A stretch of 64,000 nucleotides of DNA from Anthoceros angustus (lineage: Eukaryota; Plantae; Anthocerotophyta). Below the pieces are notes generated by a model that ran no database searches, was not told where the DNA came from, and worked only from the letters and a program-made list of their open reading frames with translations. The stretch is from the NCBI GenBank assembly GCA_010909165.1, contig MU008168.1:434001-498000 (forward strand), written 5' to 3'. A program made the position numbers and the translations under genes. Positions 51,778 to 63,735 of the stretch are shown here, one piece after another (the first letter of the stretch is position 1; each line of letters begins with the position of its first letter).

Positions 51778-54407
51778 TGTGGAATGGGTTTTGCATCCGA
51801 AGGCGCAAAGAGGCCACATTTACCCTCTATGTCGTTATAGTCCTAGGATTCGATCCCAAGGGAATGGTGTTGTGTCAAGGTGTGCTAAATCTATGGATTC
51901 TAGACCTGCCCGTCTCGCTACCTCCTTCTCCCTACTGCCCAAACCCACCACCGTGGTAGACTCGGCCACCGGTGGCGGTTCGCGGAGCCACTGCGCCCCT
52001 TCCGGAGTCTATTAAATCGACTTCTCTAACCGGACCTAGGGGCTATCGGACACCTATATCGCCTCCTTACTACGGAATTCTGCGATCCTACCACGCTTCC
52101 TCCATCACTCGTTTCCTCCTCCAGGAACTTTCATGGAATCTTCGTGGAGCTTTCTTCACGATGAACTTCCTTAGGAGGATGAGGATCCCTTCTTTTTCCA
52201 TCGGCTTCTTCTTCTCCTTCTTAGCCTTCCTCCTCCCTTGCGGGTTGGATTCCTCATAGTTTAGCGCCGCCTTGATAGCCTTGCCCAAATTCTTCTCCGC
52301 TTGTAACCTTACGTGTCTCCCCATCTTAGAACCCGGGCCTTTAGCGAACCACCGTATTGCACCGCAACTCGAGTGAGGGCCACTTGATCGCGTGGCGAAA
52401 CCTCTCCACATACGCGCAAGGTTTCCTTCTTTCCTCTCTGCAGCTTTTCAAGCTTGGACAACACGTATCCCTCGTCAAGCCCAGACCTTTCACGGGTTTT
52501 AATTCTTCATAGGTTCTTTGGAGGTGTGGGCGACTTGAGGTATTCGCCTATACCACTTTTGGACCCCGAAGAACTCCATAGAACAATGAATCTGTTGTGC
52601 ATCTCCGCTTCTGGTTTGCAAATGTCGGTGCTCAAACGCTCAACAAATTCATCGGTCTTCATACCCCTTCCCTCTCCATACTGGAGTAAGGTTGCTTGGT
52701 GGTGACCACCACCGGCGTGGTGGTGGTCATGACTATCGTTCGATTAGTGGTTGGTCCAACAACGGTTCTGCGAGTCGATTGATCTCCACGATGCGCACAC
52801 TTTTGGAAGAGAGGTCGGTGGATGGAATTGGTCAGGTTCCTTGGCGGTGGTACCTCGTCCAAGTCCGAGGTTGGGGATCTTGCTCCAACAAGATCGGACC
52901 CCGTCCAGTTTCCTTACCTCCTTCTCCTTCCAGGTGCGTCTTCCTGGACCCTCCTCAACTCGCGGTTTGCAACCCTTTTAACCTTTCCGGTGCTTGGCGT
53001 TGTCGCTTCTCGTGTGGCCTTCCGTCCGACTTGACTCGAACCCTCGACTCAACCGTGGCATCCATCTACCTAACTAGATACACTCCAAAACTAGACACCT
53101 AAGCTATGGTTAGTCCCCTATAACCTTGACGGTTTTCATTCCCAGCGCGCCAAAATGTGGAATGGGTTTTGCATCCGAAGGCAAAGAGGCCACATTTACC
53201 CTCTATGTCGTTATAGTCCTAGGATTCGATCCCAAGGGAATGGTGTTGTGTCAAGGTGTGCTAAATCTATGGATTCTAGACCTACCGTCTCGCTACCTCC
53301 TTCTCCCTACTGCCCAAACCCACCACCGTGGTAGACTCGGCCACCGGTGGCGGTTCGCGGAGCCACTGCGCCCCTTCCGGAGTCTATTAAATCGACTTCT
53401 CTAACCGGACCTAGGGGCTATCGGACACCTATATCGCCTCCTTACTACGGAATTCTGCGATCCTACCACGCTTCCTCCCCCTCCCTTTTCCGATTTTCCC
53501 TCGCACTCTCACAATCCCTCCCGGTAGCACACTACTGAACCTTTCCCTTCCCCTGAACTCTCTCCCTCGTCTGGCCACCAGACCTCCTTGGGCCACAGAC
53601 CCTTGGGCCACACAGACCCTCCTCATGGAATGAACACACACAGTGGCGGCGGTTGGAAAAGAGGATCGGGAAAACCCCGATCGGTGCTTGGGCGATTCGC
53701 CTTCCGATTCCGCCTCGGCCGTCCGGCATCCTACCTCTTTTCGTGTGGCACCTTCCGTTACCCAGTGGAGCTTGGCCACTCCGCTCTCGACCATCCGAGA
53801 TCTTCCGGCCTTCTTGTGACGGAAGGTCGCGAACGTTTGATCTTGACGACGTCTCCAATCAACCCCTCGGTTCGATACTGCGGAGTTCACACGAAATCGT
53901 CGCTTGAGAGACACCCAAAGGGTCTCTTATACATCTGGCGTGGTCCCACACTCACTTCTCTTTAGTGTCTAAAATTGTAGCTCCTACCACGGCGCCTTAC
54001 CAATCTAAGCAACAACGGTTCTGCGAGTCGATTGATCTCCACGATGCGCACACTTTTGGAAGAGAGGTCGGTGGATGGAATTGGTCAGGTTCCTTGGCGG
54101 TGGTACCTCGTCCAAGTCCGAGGTTGGGGATCTTGCTCCAACAAGATCGGACCCCGTCCAGTTTCCTTACCTCCTTCTCCTTCCAGGTGCGTCTTCCTGG
54201 ACCCTCCTCAACTCGCGGTTTGCAACCCTTTTAACCTTTCCGGTGCTTGGCGTTGTCGCTTCTCGTGTGGCCTTCCGTCCGACTTGACTCGAACCCTCGA
54301 CTCAACCGTGGCATCCATCTACCTAACTAGATACACTCCAAAACTAGACACCTAAGCTATGGTTAGTCCCCTATAACCTTGACGGTTTCATTCCCAGCGC
54401 GCCAAAA
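51778..54407 (-). repeat. Tandem re-duplications of the LTR-end/PBS/gag-leader junction
   Basis: The LTR terminus tgtggaatgggttttgcatc with adjacent PBS occurs at 51778, 53156 and 54408. Gag 5' segments are repeated at ~52105-53150 and ~54010-54400. Confidence 0.85.
54388..54404 (-). promoter_or_regulatory. Primer-binding site (tRNA identity not determined)
   Basis: Minus strand ..CCACA-ttt-TGGCGCGCTGGGAATG. TGG starts 3 nt from the LTR end, and a TGGCGC start is typical of non-chromovirus gypsy elements. Confidence 0.7.
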
Positions 54408-57400
54408 TGTGGAATGGGTTTTGCATCCGAAGGCAAAGAGGCCACATTTACCCTCTATGTCGTTATAGTCCTAGGATTCGATCCCAAGGGAATGGTGTTG
54501 TGTCAAGGTGTGCTAAATCTATGGATTCTAGACCTACCTCGCTCGCTACCCACCTTCTCACTACTGCCCAAACCCACCGTGGTAGACTCGGCCACGCGGT
54601 GGCAGTTCGGCCAGCTGGCCCCACCACCACGCCGCCTTCGCGAGTCTTCGTCCTTCTTCTCTAACACGGACCTAGGGGCTATCGGACACCTATACTCACG
54701 CCTTACGGAATTTCGATCCACCACCGCTTCCCTCCCCCTCGCGTTTCGATTTTCCCTCACACTCTCACAATCCCTCAGCACACTACCCTCAGGAACCTTT
54801 CCCTTCCCAATGAACTCTCTCGTCTCACGGGCCACGGACCCCTTTCCCTTGGGCCTCCTTGGGCCACGGACCCCTCTCATGGAATGAACACACAGTGGCG
54901 GCGGTTGGAAAAGAGGATCGGGAAGAAACCCGGTGCTTGGGCGATTCGCCTTCCAGTTCCGCCTCGGCCGTCGCAATCCTACCTCTTTTTGTGCCTTCGT
55001 TACGGGCGTGGAGCTTGGCCACTCCGCTCTCGACCATCCGAGATCTTCCGGTCTTGTGACGAGAAGGCGGTGCGCGCGTTTGATCTTGACGGGCGTCTCC
55101 AATCAACCCCTCGGCGGTTCGATACACGGAAGTTCACACGAAATCGTCGCCTTGAGAGACACCCAGGGTCTCTTATACATCGGTGTGGTCCAACGGCTCA
55201 CTTCTCTTTAGTGTCTAAAATTGTAGCTCCTACCACGGCGCCTTACCAATCTAAGCAACTGACTCTACGGTGATGGAACTCCCTATCCTCGCTGAAAAAC
55301 CCGGTCCTAGGCTATCGCGACTCCCCTAAAATCAGCCGCCGCCTCGCCTTCCCCCTCTCGCTCTTTGAGCCTCGCCCACCTCCGGCGATTTTCCCCACAA
55401 CCTCCATCCTCTCCTTGCGAATGTCCGCCCTCTCTGGATCCTTCCTCTCCTCCCATGACAACACAGGCTTTGCTTTGTTGATTCTCAGATCTCCCAGAAA
55501 CCACTCTGTGGTAGCTCACCTCGGCCCGCCACGGCGGTGGTATTTACACGTGATGGCTGCGGTGGTTGTTTCCTCCTGGGCAAACAGCTCGCCTTCTTGA
55601 TTTACCACCTCTCTCACCCGGTGAGCCTCACGTCTCTTTCTCCTCTCATGGATTTGTTTCTCCGGCGCCATCGCTCACTGCTCGGTTTCCATGGACCTCG
55701 TGGAGCTCTTCTTTGTAGCTCGCCTTGACTGATTTCTAGCTTCTTTGGTGGACATGTCCTTAAGCTTGCTCCTGCCTTGCATGGGCATGCCGCCTCCCGT
55801 GCCTCCTCGGCGCCTTTCGCCTTCAGGCTTCCAACTTCTCCTTGAGCAACTTCTCCTGTTGGCCTTGCACACTCGGCCAAGTGAGAGCCATGGGCCTTGA
55901 TCGAGGAGATCCGCTGCGTCGTGCCATGGAAGTCAAACCACCAAATCCCCAAATTGGGCTGTCCCTTGCCCATCCGCCTCCACAACAATTCTCGTGTCGG
56001 CGGTGTCTCCTATCCCCACCTCGGTAGGACGGTTCGGTGAAATGTCGCCAAAATGTCCAGCTCCGTTGCGGTCTCGGGAAGTTAACCCCTCCTCTCCTAG
56101 GGGTTGGTGCCGCCTTGCCTCTTCCGCTTCATTCTCCCCTAGCGGCATTCATCCCCACAGGAGGAGCAACTTGCCATTTCCTTTACTTTCCTCCTTTACC
56201 GCGTTCTGCCGTCTTGACTGGTGACCACAGGTGTGGCTGTGGGTTCCTCCTCTGCTGCTGCCTCCCTTCTTGGCCGATCCCCGTTCGACCGTTCGCCCTT
56301 GCTTCTTACCCTTGGAAACTTCCCACCCTCTTAGAACCTTCGAGGGCCTCCAGCTAATCCTTGCGAATCCTCCTTCAATTCCTCCTCTTCTACCTTGAGT
56401 TCCCGGCTTCCAACCATGCGGGCGGACCGACTTCAACTCCGTTAAACACGGAATGCAAATACATGAATCGGAAAAGGCGAAATCAAGGAGAGGCCGAGGG
56501 AAGAAGAGTAATTCGCCTTCTCCTCACAGGCTCTTTGAAAATCATCCTCCCCAATCAATTTGTGTACCCTTGACCACCTCGTGAAGAAAAACCAAGAAGT
56601 GATCCGCCATATGATCCTTCGGTTACGTAGGAAACACAAAATCCATTTGGCCAATCCCACCATTGTGCGAACACGAGTTGGCGAGTCACCCGACCATTGT
56701 TCACTCTCACTTCCCGAGGCTTCATGGCGCGGCCGCTGCGGCTTTCAAAGTCTTCTTTATTTGGGGTCAATCACCAAGCTCCCATCCTCGATGCTTCTCA
56801 TACTTCTTTGCTCGAAGAGGCCAAATCCAGTTCTGCGGCCTTTTCCTCGCGTCACCCTCTTGCGACTTGGTCCTTAATTGCGGGCGCACTCTTGCACCAA
56901 TGCAGGCGTAGCACCATTTCTTCTCCATGAACTTGAGACCTCTGCACGGCGCTCTCACTTTCCGATGGTCCATGTTGGGCCCTGCGTGAGTGAGATTTCG
57001 CGCGGCTCGGCGCCATCTCCTTCTCGTTGTCTCCCAAAACAAAACCTCGACTACCCTGCGGATCCGGTCGAGAGAAAAAAATCGAGCCGCCCTCGCGCTC
57101 CTTCCACGCCTCCTCGCGAACTTGCTTGGCCGATTTCTCTCCTCCGCCGCGCTGCTGATCGTCGCGCCTTCCTCCTGCCGCAGTGAGGCGGTGATTTGGC
57201 TGGCGTCGTGGTGCGCGCCCCTCTTCTTGCGCTCGCTCGGCCCCTCACGGAAAGTCGCGACCTCGCGTCTTGGGTGTGCCCTTCTCCCGATTCTCCGTGT
57301 GGTAGTCCCGCTCCGCCACTAGGGTTGTAAATTCCCCACAGTGCATGCGTCCGTTTCTCGGCCACCGTGGTGGAACTAGCCACCACCCCTTGACTACACA

Positions 57401-57662
57401 AGCTGGCATATTGTGAGCATCCCTAGCATATATAGACACCTTTTATTCTAAAAATTCCCAATACCCAAGGACTCTATTTCTACCCCCACCTCGGGTCAAA
57501 CCTAAGGGTCGAAAAATTATTATTATCTCCAAGGGCCAAGGACCATTCCGTATAAAAGACACGACTCGATTCTCAAAGCACTGCTATTCTAACACACCCA
57601 AAACAAAAAAATCGTTCACCACGACACTTGAGAGGGGGTTAGTGCACATGTGGTCTTCCACG
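54408..57662 (-). repeat. 5' LTR (~3.25 kb)
   Basis: Homologous to 41198-45912. The terminal base is mutated or missing (ttccacg). Confidence 0.9.
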
Positions 57663-58349
57663 GAGGGAGATGAGGGTGATAGCGAGGCGGGTGGATGGCG
57701 GCGTGAGCAGGGGTCGGACGTTGGGGTTCGATGGAGAGCGGGCGGGGCGCGGAGGCGGAGGAGGGAGGCGGAGTGAGGCGGAGAGGGCGGGCGGAGCGGT
57801 AGGAGGGGCGGGCGGAGGGGCAGGGGCGCAGGCGGGAAGGAGGAAGAGGCGGAGGGGCGGGGCCGTGGCGCCATCCGGGTGCGGTGAGCGGGGTGGGCGG
57901 GGCGTGGGCGCGGTGGGAGGAAGGGGAGGCGGGGCGTGTGGGAAGCCGGGAGGGAGGGGCAGGCGGAGGCGGGCGGGCAGGCAGGGCAGGCCCGGGGCAG
58001 GCAATGAGAGGATGGCGAGGAGGCGGAGGGGTCTTGGTGAGGCCCGTATGGCGGTGGGCGGGCGGAGGGAGATGGGGCGTCTTTGCAGGAGATGGAGGCC
58101 GAGGCGCGGAGGCAGGAGGGGATCCGATGGAGGAAGGGAGGAGCGAAGTGTCGGAGGTGGAGGATCACGAGCCCTCACTGAAAGCAGGCGGCGGAGAGGA
58201 AGGAGCAGTCGGCCCTTTGATGGAGACTTTGAGGAACATCGCGAGGCGGAGGAGGCGGGCGGACATTGAAAGGGCTCAGGCGGTGGGATGTGCACCGCGG
58301 ACGTTGAGGAGGTGGGGCACGGTGCCGAGGATGGAGAGCTCTGTGGTCG

Positions 58350-61090
58350 AGAACAATAGAAGGCGTGCAACCTCATCCTACAAAATGTGACCATCACGCG
58401 GGGTGTGAGCGGGAGTGAGGATTGTGCGAGGCGACACTGCGCAGCGGCCTCGTGCCGAGGCGGTGTGGCGGCATTGCGAGCCATGCGGTAGGAGGCCATG
58501 GAAATGAGGTGCTGCGCGTTCGGTAGGTGCAATACAAACATGTACATGTGGCACATGGGTGAGTGTCGGAACTTGGAGCACATGGTGGTCGCGAGTCGAT
58601 AGCCGCGGCACAAAGCAAGCTAGCAGGTGCGAGTGTTGTCTTTGCGTGACAAGATGTACATGTTCCACTTGAGGTGCACGCGGCCATAGATGGGGCAACG
58701 CCATACGTGGGCGGTCTTTGGAGGACAACAAGCGGGCGGGAACAATCTACAAGGCGTGCAGGCGGTGCGTGGTTTGGGCACCCCGCGGATTCGGTCCGAT
58801 TTCTGCGGGCACAACCTAGTTGAGGAGGACTGAACCAGGCGGCCGCGAGAGCAGGAGGAACTTCATTCGGGGCCATCGGTGCACTGTCGTAAGGTGGATC
58901 TTGGATGTCATGTGAAGGGATTTGCCGCAATGTGCTTCACGAATGCGGCTGCGGAACTTCCGGGCCGGAGCCCGTGCGACATAGCAGGCGTGGTTGGTGG
59001 GTGGAGTGCGTGGGTGTGAGGAGGCGCGCATCGAGCACGCCGGAGGCGCTGAAGGAGAAGTGGGGCTTCTGTACAAGAGGTACATGTTGGCTGCGGGGCG
59101 GTAGTGAGTTGGATACCACGAACCCTTGGCACATACATTCCTTGCCGACATTCATGCCCACCATGAGGACAGTGGCGACTTTCGTTAGGGTGTGGAACTT
59201 GCACGGTGAGGAAAATGAGGTCGGAGGCGATGACATAGCTGGCCACGTCGCGGAGGCCTTCCGGAGGAGGGGCTGGGCGCTGGTAGGGCCTGCATATGGG
59301 GGGTAGGAGGAGGGCGACAACGACTACTATGTCCCCGGACCACGGCGCCAAAATGTTGCACCGGAGGTGCCACCGCTTCCTCCGATAGCATTCTTGAGGG
59401 TAAGTGAGCGTCCCAAGACCGTCTGAATGTGAACACCAGATTCTTGATGGCGACAAATGTTTTGTGTAGGACATGCAAGTGGCGAGGACATGGCGTCGAG
59501 GCTTGAAGTGTACAAATTACCTCCGGACATGTATCGCTGCATAGGCGGTGGCGGCCGTGTGCTTGTATTGCGGGCGGCGGGATCCCTCTGCGAGGAGATG
59601 GTGTGGGAGTGGAATGCGGAACCGATTGCACCTGTGGACATGGAGAGCCCTTAACCTCTTGAGCGCTTTTCATATGAGGTGCGTCGCGGGTGGCAGGCGG
59701 GGACTAGGCGGTGTGGTGCAAGCGGGGAGGCAATGAGACATGGATAGGGAAGGCGGCGGGGAGGCATCACCGCCGATAGGATAGAAACGTGAGGGCCGGA
59801 GGGGCCACAGCGTGGACACATGGGAGGGCTCATGGAATAGCCTCCTGCGTCCGGGCCGTTTCTCGCGGTCCGGCAGGCATGGGCGAGACATTCCCTGCAA
59901 GTTACATCACGACCTTGGCAATGGTGCATGAAAATTGTGGAGGCGTGTCGGAATCACCTTTGTGTGAAACCGCATTCCCTTGAAGTGGGCGGCCTATCAA
60001 AGCGGCGAACCTCGTGAAGAGCGAGTTCCAGCGGACCCAAATCACCGAAGAAGGCACTGTATGGGTTGTCAATTAATAAGCAAGCGTGGCCATGGAAAGC
60101 CGGAGCGGGGGGTTGACAAGGCCAAGGAGAATGGAAGCGGGCCAAAATGCAGCGAGGGAACACGATCTTGCGGCGGCAAGCATGAACCGAGGCCAAGTTG
60201 AAAAACGTGGGCACGGATATGCAGTGGTGAGAATACCGAAGAGGCGTCAAAATTTGGTCAAGTCAAAGCTGGGAAGCGGGTGCGAAGACACCTACAAATC
60301 TAAACCGTAAAGGCCTCGTACATCAAGTCCTATCAAAACCCACACTCCACGGTGCCTAAAGCACATGACCCCGATCTCAACCCCATGATCACGCTCGATG
60401 ATGTAGAGGTCGTTCATCTCCTCCCACAAGACATGGTTGGCGTCGTCCAATTCGTAGAAGGCGTTGAGATGAAATCCGGAGGGGCGATAAGCGTCGAGGC
60501 CGTGCGACTGTGAGTCAAGCCGTCGGAGTGAAACTTGGCCATCCACTTGAAGTCCTCCGGTGACTCGGGTGCTTGGACCGCGAGGCCTCACGGTGATCGT
60601 TAGGACCCAATGGCCACCCATCAAAATGGGTATGCATGAAATAGTGCGCTTCCGACACGGAAGGCACTCTCGCGATAGGAAGTCGAGTCCGGTCAAATAC
60701 TGCGACCACGTTCCTCATTTCGAAAAGAACTTGAAGTCAAGGGTAGTTCTCTATGTGGCGGATGAGGTCGTTGTGGTCCTCGCATCTTTGCAAAAGCGCA
60801 TCAAGCTCCTCGTAGGACAAAGGATGCATTGGCTTCTTGGGGTCATAAGACACAGTAAACAACTCACTCCACATATTAGGATCGGGTGAGCTCGGAGGAG
60901 ATCGTGGAACCCTCCTCCGGTCTTGCCCACATGCGATGGGCTGCAGGCGCTGCGGCATGTGAGGAGAGGGTGGGCGGTGCACCATCCGCCCACAACCGCA
61001 GGAAGCCTACAATAATACTGCGGTGGCACGAGGCCATGCGTGTCGGCCGTTGCAAAGAAATGAGCATCAAACAATTCGGCATCACCATGG
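58350..61090 (-). pseudogene. Transposon ORF 5' part: Ulp1/C48-like protease remnant (~60850-60400) and SWIM zinc finger (~59170-59050)
   Basis: IPILMGGHWVLTITV (Ulp1-like HW motif) with a downstream D.Y..SGFH; ECMCQGFVVSNSLPPRSQHVP-(C)K (CxC..CxH-like, frameshifted). A Pro/Ser-rich linker follows (58300-57670) and is split by the LTR insertion. Confidence 0.45.
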
Positions 61091-61276
61091 GGGAAGGAAT
61101 GAGGCGAGGTTAGTTGCGGCTTGGTGCAAGGATGGGGAGGGCCCATTCGTGGCTGCCTCCTCCCTTGATCGCGCCCGCCCGCCGCCCGCCTCCGTTGCCG
61201 TGGCGCCCGCCCGCCTCCCTTTCCCCACGTCCTGCGCCCCGCACCGCCTTCCTCCGCCTCCCGGCCTTCTGCCCGC

Positions 61277-61362
61277 GCCTCGCCCGCCTCGCCCGCCTCG
61301 CCCGCCTCCCCCCTTCTCCTTCGCCTCGCCCGCCTCGCCCGCCTCGCCCGCCTCGCCCGCCT
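61277..61362. repeat. (CGCCCGCCT)n 9-mer minisatellite
   Basis: Two runs of 3-4 copies separated by a pyrimidine spacer. Confidence 0.85.
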
Positions 61363-62073
61363 CTCCTTACTGCGGTTGGCCCTCCGTCCGTCACCCAGTG
61401 AAGGCCGCACGCCCCCGTCCGTCCCTCGGCCCCATTGCGAGCCCGCCTGCCTCGATCCCTCTCTACTTTGCCGCTGCCCGCCTCAGTCCCTCGCCGCCAT
61501 GGCCCCTCCTCCGCCCCGTGCCTTGCCCGAGCGGCCCGCCCTTCTCCGCCGGTCAGCGCGAAACCCCCACCGCCCGGCTGGCTCGCCCCTCGGCCCAGCG
61601 TCGTGGCGGTGGGCTCGCCCGCCACCACTGCTGTGGCCAGGCAGAATGAGGCGCTGTGAGCGCTGCTGGCGCGCTTGCGTGCTGCTGCTGCTGGACACGC
61701 TGCCCTCGCCTGCCCGCCTCGGACCTCGCCCCTCGCCCCCGTCCGTGCACGCCTGGCCCGGTCGCCACCAGTCGTGCGTGGCGCCAGCGACCCCGCCAAA
61801 TCGGTTGCCTAAACTGCCTAAACCATCTTGCTCCACCCTCTTAGCACATGAACCCTAAAAGCGGGCATGTGGCTTGCCTATGAGGCCTCTCGGACCCTAA
61901 ATAGCGTTGCGCGGAACAAAATTTTTGTTCCGTGGAGAAAAACACATAGAGTGTCGGCAAAAAAAACCCTAAAGTTCCCTTTAGAAATCCGGTGACATGG
62001 TGGCCGCTTTGGTGCGTCCTTTGGGCTACCCATTTTGATTGGTTACCAAACCGGACACCAAAAGTTTTGCGGG

Positions 62074-62116
62074 AGAAAAAAAATGTCCGTCCCCTCTGTC
62101 CTCTTTGGTATGCCAT
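62074..62116 (-). repeat. Right terminal inverted repeat
   Basis: Reverse complement of 27084-27130, followed by the AGTGAAGTA duplicate and AT-rich host DNA. Confidence 0.9.
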
Positions 62117-63429
62117 AGTGAAGTAGGTACATAGTTAAATTTTATTTATCAAAAATAAAAGTTTTTATATTCTTCATTGAAATTATTCATATAATTATAT
62201 AAGGTGAAAAATAAAAACTTTAAAAAGAAAAGGATATTAGTTCATATTTTGAGCACTAGAATTATTGACATGGAGAGTAGTTATTGACGGTAGTTATCAA
62301 ACTCAAACATACATCACACAAAGCTTAAATATCAATATTAAATAATATTATAATTTAGAGTGAATAGGTTGAAACTTAGAGATTAAAAAAATAAAATTCT
62401 ATAGTTTTTTTAAAATTTACTCATCAAATGAAAAAAATATTTACTCATCGAATTATATAAGGTAAGAAATAAAAACCTACAAGAAGCTTAGTTCACATCA
62501 TCTAGCACCTAGATTTATTTACACAGGAGATTGAAGATATCAAGCTTACAAGCAATCAATAAGAACATTCGAACAGAAAGGTAGTATGGTAATACACAGT
62601 TTGAATATTTACGAGTGTCATGGTCAGAAACTAATGATGGGCAGTGAAAGACTCTAATAATCATCATAAATGTTTATAGTGCAGGCTCAAATGCAAAGTA
62701 AGAAGCCATGCATGTATGTAAGATAATTGGGATTGTCGTAGTTTAAAGTAAGTAAGTTATAATTAGTGATATTAAGATTTTGCTTAGGGCTTTAAAAACT
62801 AGTTTGCTTAAGGCTCAACACAGCAACTACTTGGTGAGGGTAGCTCCAAAGATTGCCTTAGCACTTGCTCCACACTCTTGTTGGGAAGGAGTGAGGTGCC
62901 TAGTGTGTGTTTGGAAGAGAGTTTTAAGGAGTTAAATATCAGCCCAAAATCTTTTTCTTCTTCATCTCGCTCTTATATTCTTATCTCACTTTTCAAGATT
63001 ATAACAATTATCACTATCTTACAAAAATACTATTGTGCCTTATGGCAGACATGCAATGCTTCTTACTCTTGAGATAGTTATCTTTGATGCTATCACTATA
63101 AGAATCGTCCATGCTCATATGCAAGGAACTCCAAAGCAACTAGGATGAATGGCACCAGGGTTCCTTGTCTAAAGTAGTTGGGATGAATGACACCAGACTT
63201 CCTTGTTTGCGTCTTTGACTGCCACAAGATGGTCATAACTACTTGCGCTGCCCTACTCAAATTGCCATTGGAGTTATTTTCTAACTGGTGTAACAACCGC
63301 TCGACTTCATCGCCGTTCAGTGATTAGCTTACTTAAATCATCAAGATCCACCTTTGATAGCATAGAAGGAACTCACTCTGCATGAACCAAGATTTGGCAC
63401 CAGCACATCCTCATGTTTTGGAGGTAGGT

Positions 63430-63735
63430 ACATACCCTGGAAAAGAGGTTGCCGAGCTTCTCCACAGTAGTTTGACATTAGATACCTAATGCATGACAAA
63501 AGTACAACATACTCTGTACTCCGAGACGTTGGTGGTCTAGTGAGAGAATACTTCTCTACCACGGTACAACTTTGGCTTCAAATCCTGGGCGGACAACACC
63601 CACATGCAATGAAGGCCATGTGTTCATTCCTCTTGCTATCGAGACTCATAAGGCCATGGGCAAGGATTTTTCGAAGTCTACGTCTTTCCATCGCCCTGTA
63701 GAGGGCGGTGGCAAGCGCAATTTTCTGGACAACCT
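63430..63735 (+). mobile_element. CRE-like retrotransposon RLE-domain relic
   Basis: EGHVFIPLAIETHKAMGKDF (FxPxxxETxG motif) and LRLSIAL(*)RAVASAIF (C-terminal RLSIALQR motif); internally deleted. Confidence 0.6.

Larger units (their letters stand above)
41198..57662 (-). mobile_element. Ty3/gypsy non-chromovirus (Athila/Tat/Selgy-like) LTR retrotransposon nested in the DNA transposon
   Basis: LTR termini TGTGGAA..TTCCACA; TSD GAGGG at 41193-41197 and 57663-57667; gag-PR-RT-RH-INT order on the minus strand; PBS and PPT present; no chromodomain after the integrase. Confidence 0.92.
27085..62116. mobile_element. Giant TIR DNA transposon, probably Mutator-like (MULE); 35 kb including the nested LTR element
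   Basis: About 45-bp TIRs (atggcataccaaaggggacagaggggatgggacattttttttt versus aaaaaaaatgtccgtcccctctgtcctctttggtatgccat). Exact flanking direct repeat AGTGAAGTA at 27076-27084 and 62117-62125. Abrupt GC shift at the right end. Degenerate DDE, SWIM and Ulp1-like motifs inside. Confidence 0.85.

Noticed and set aside
27085-62116. Classification as Zisupton/KDZ, hAT, CACTA or Polinton
   Set aside because: The 8-bp and 6-bp TSD readings allow some of these. I found no KDZ motifs (CxHG, YDxxC, HxxxH), hAT dimerisation domain, CACTA termini, or polB/capsid genes. MULE-like motifs fit better, though this is unverified.
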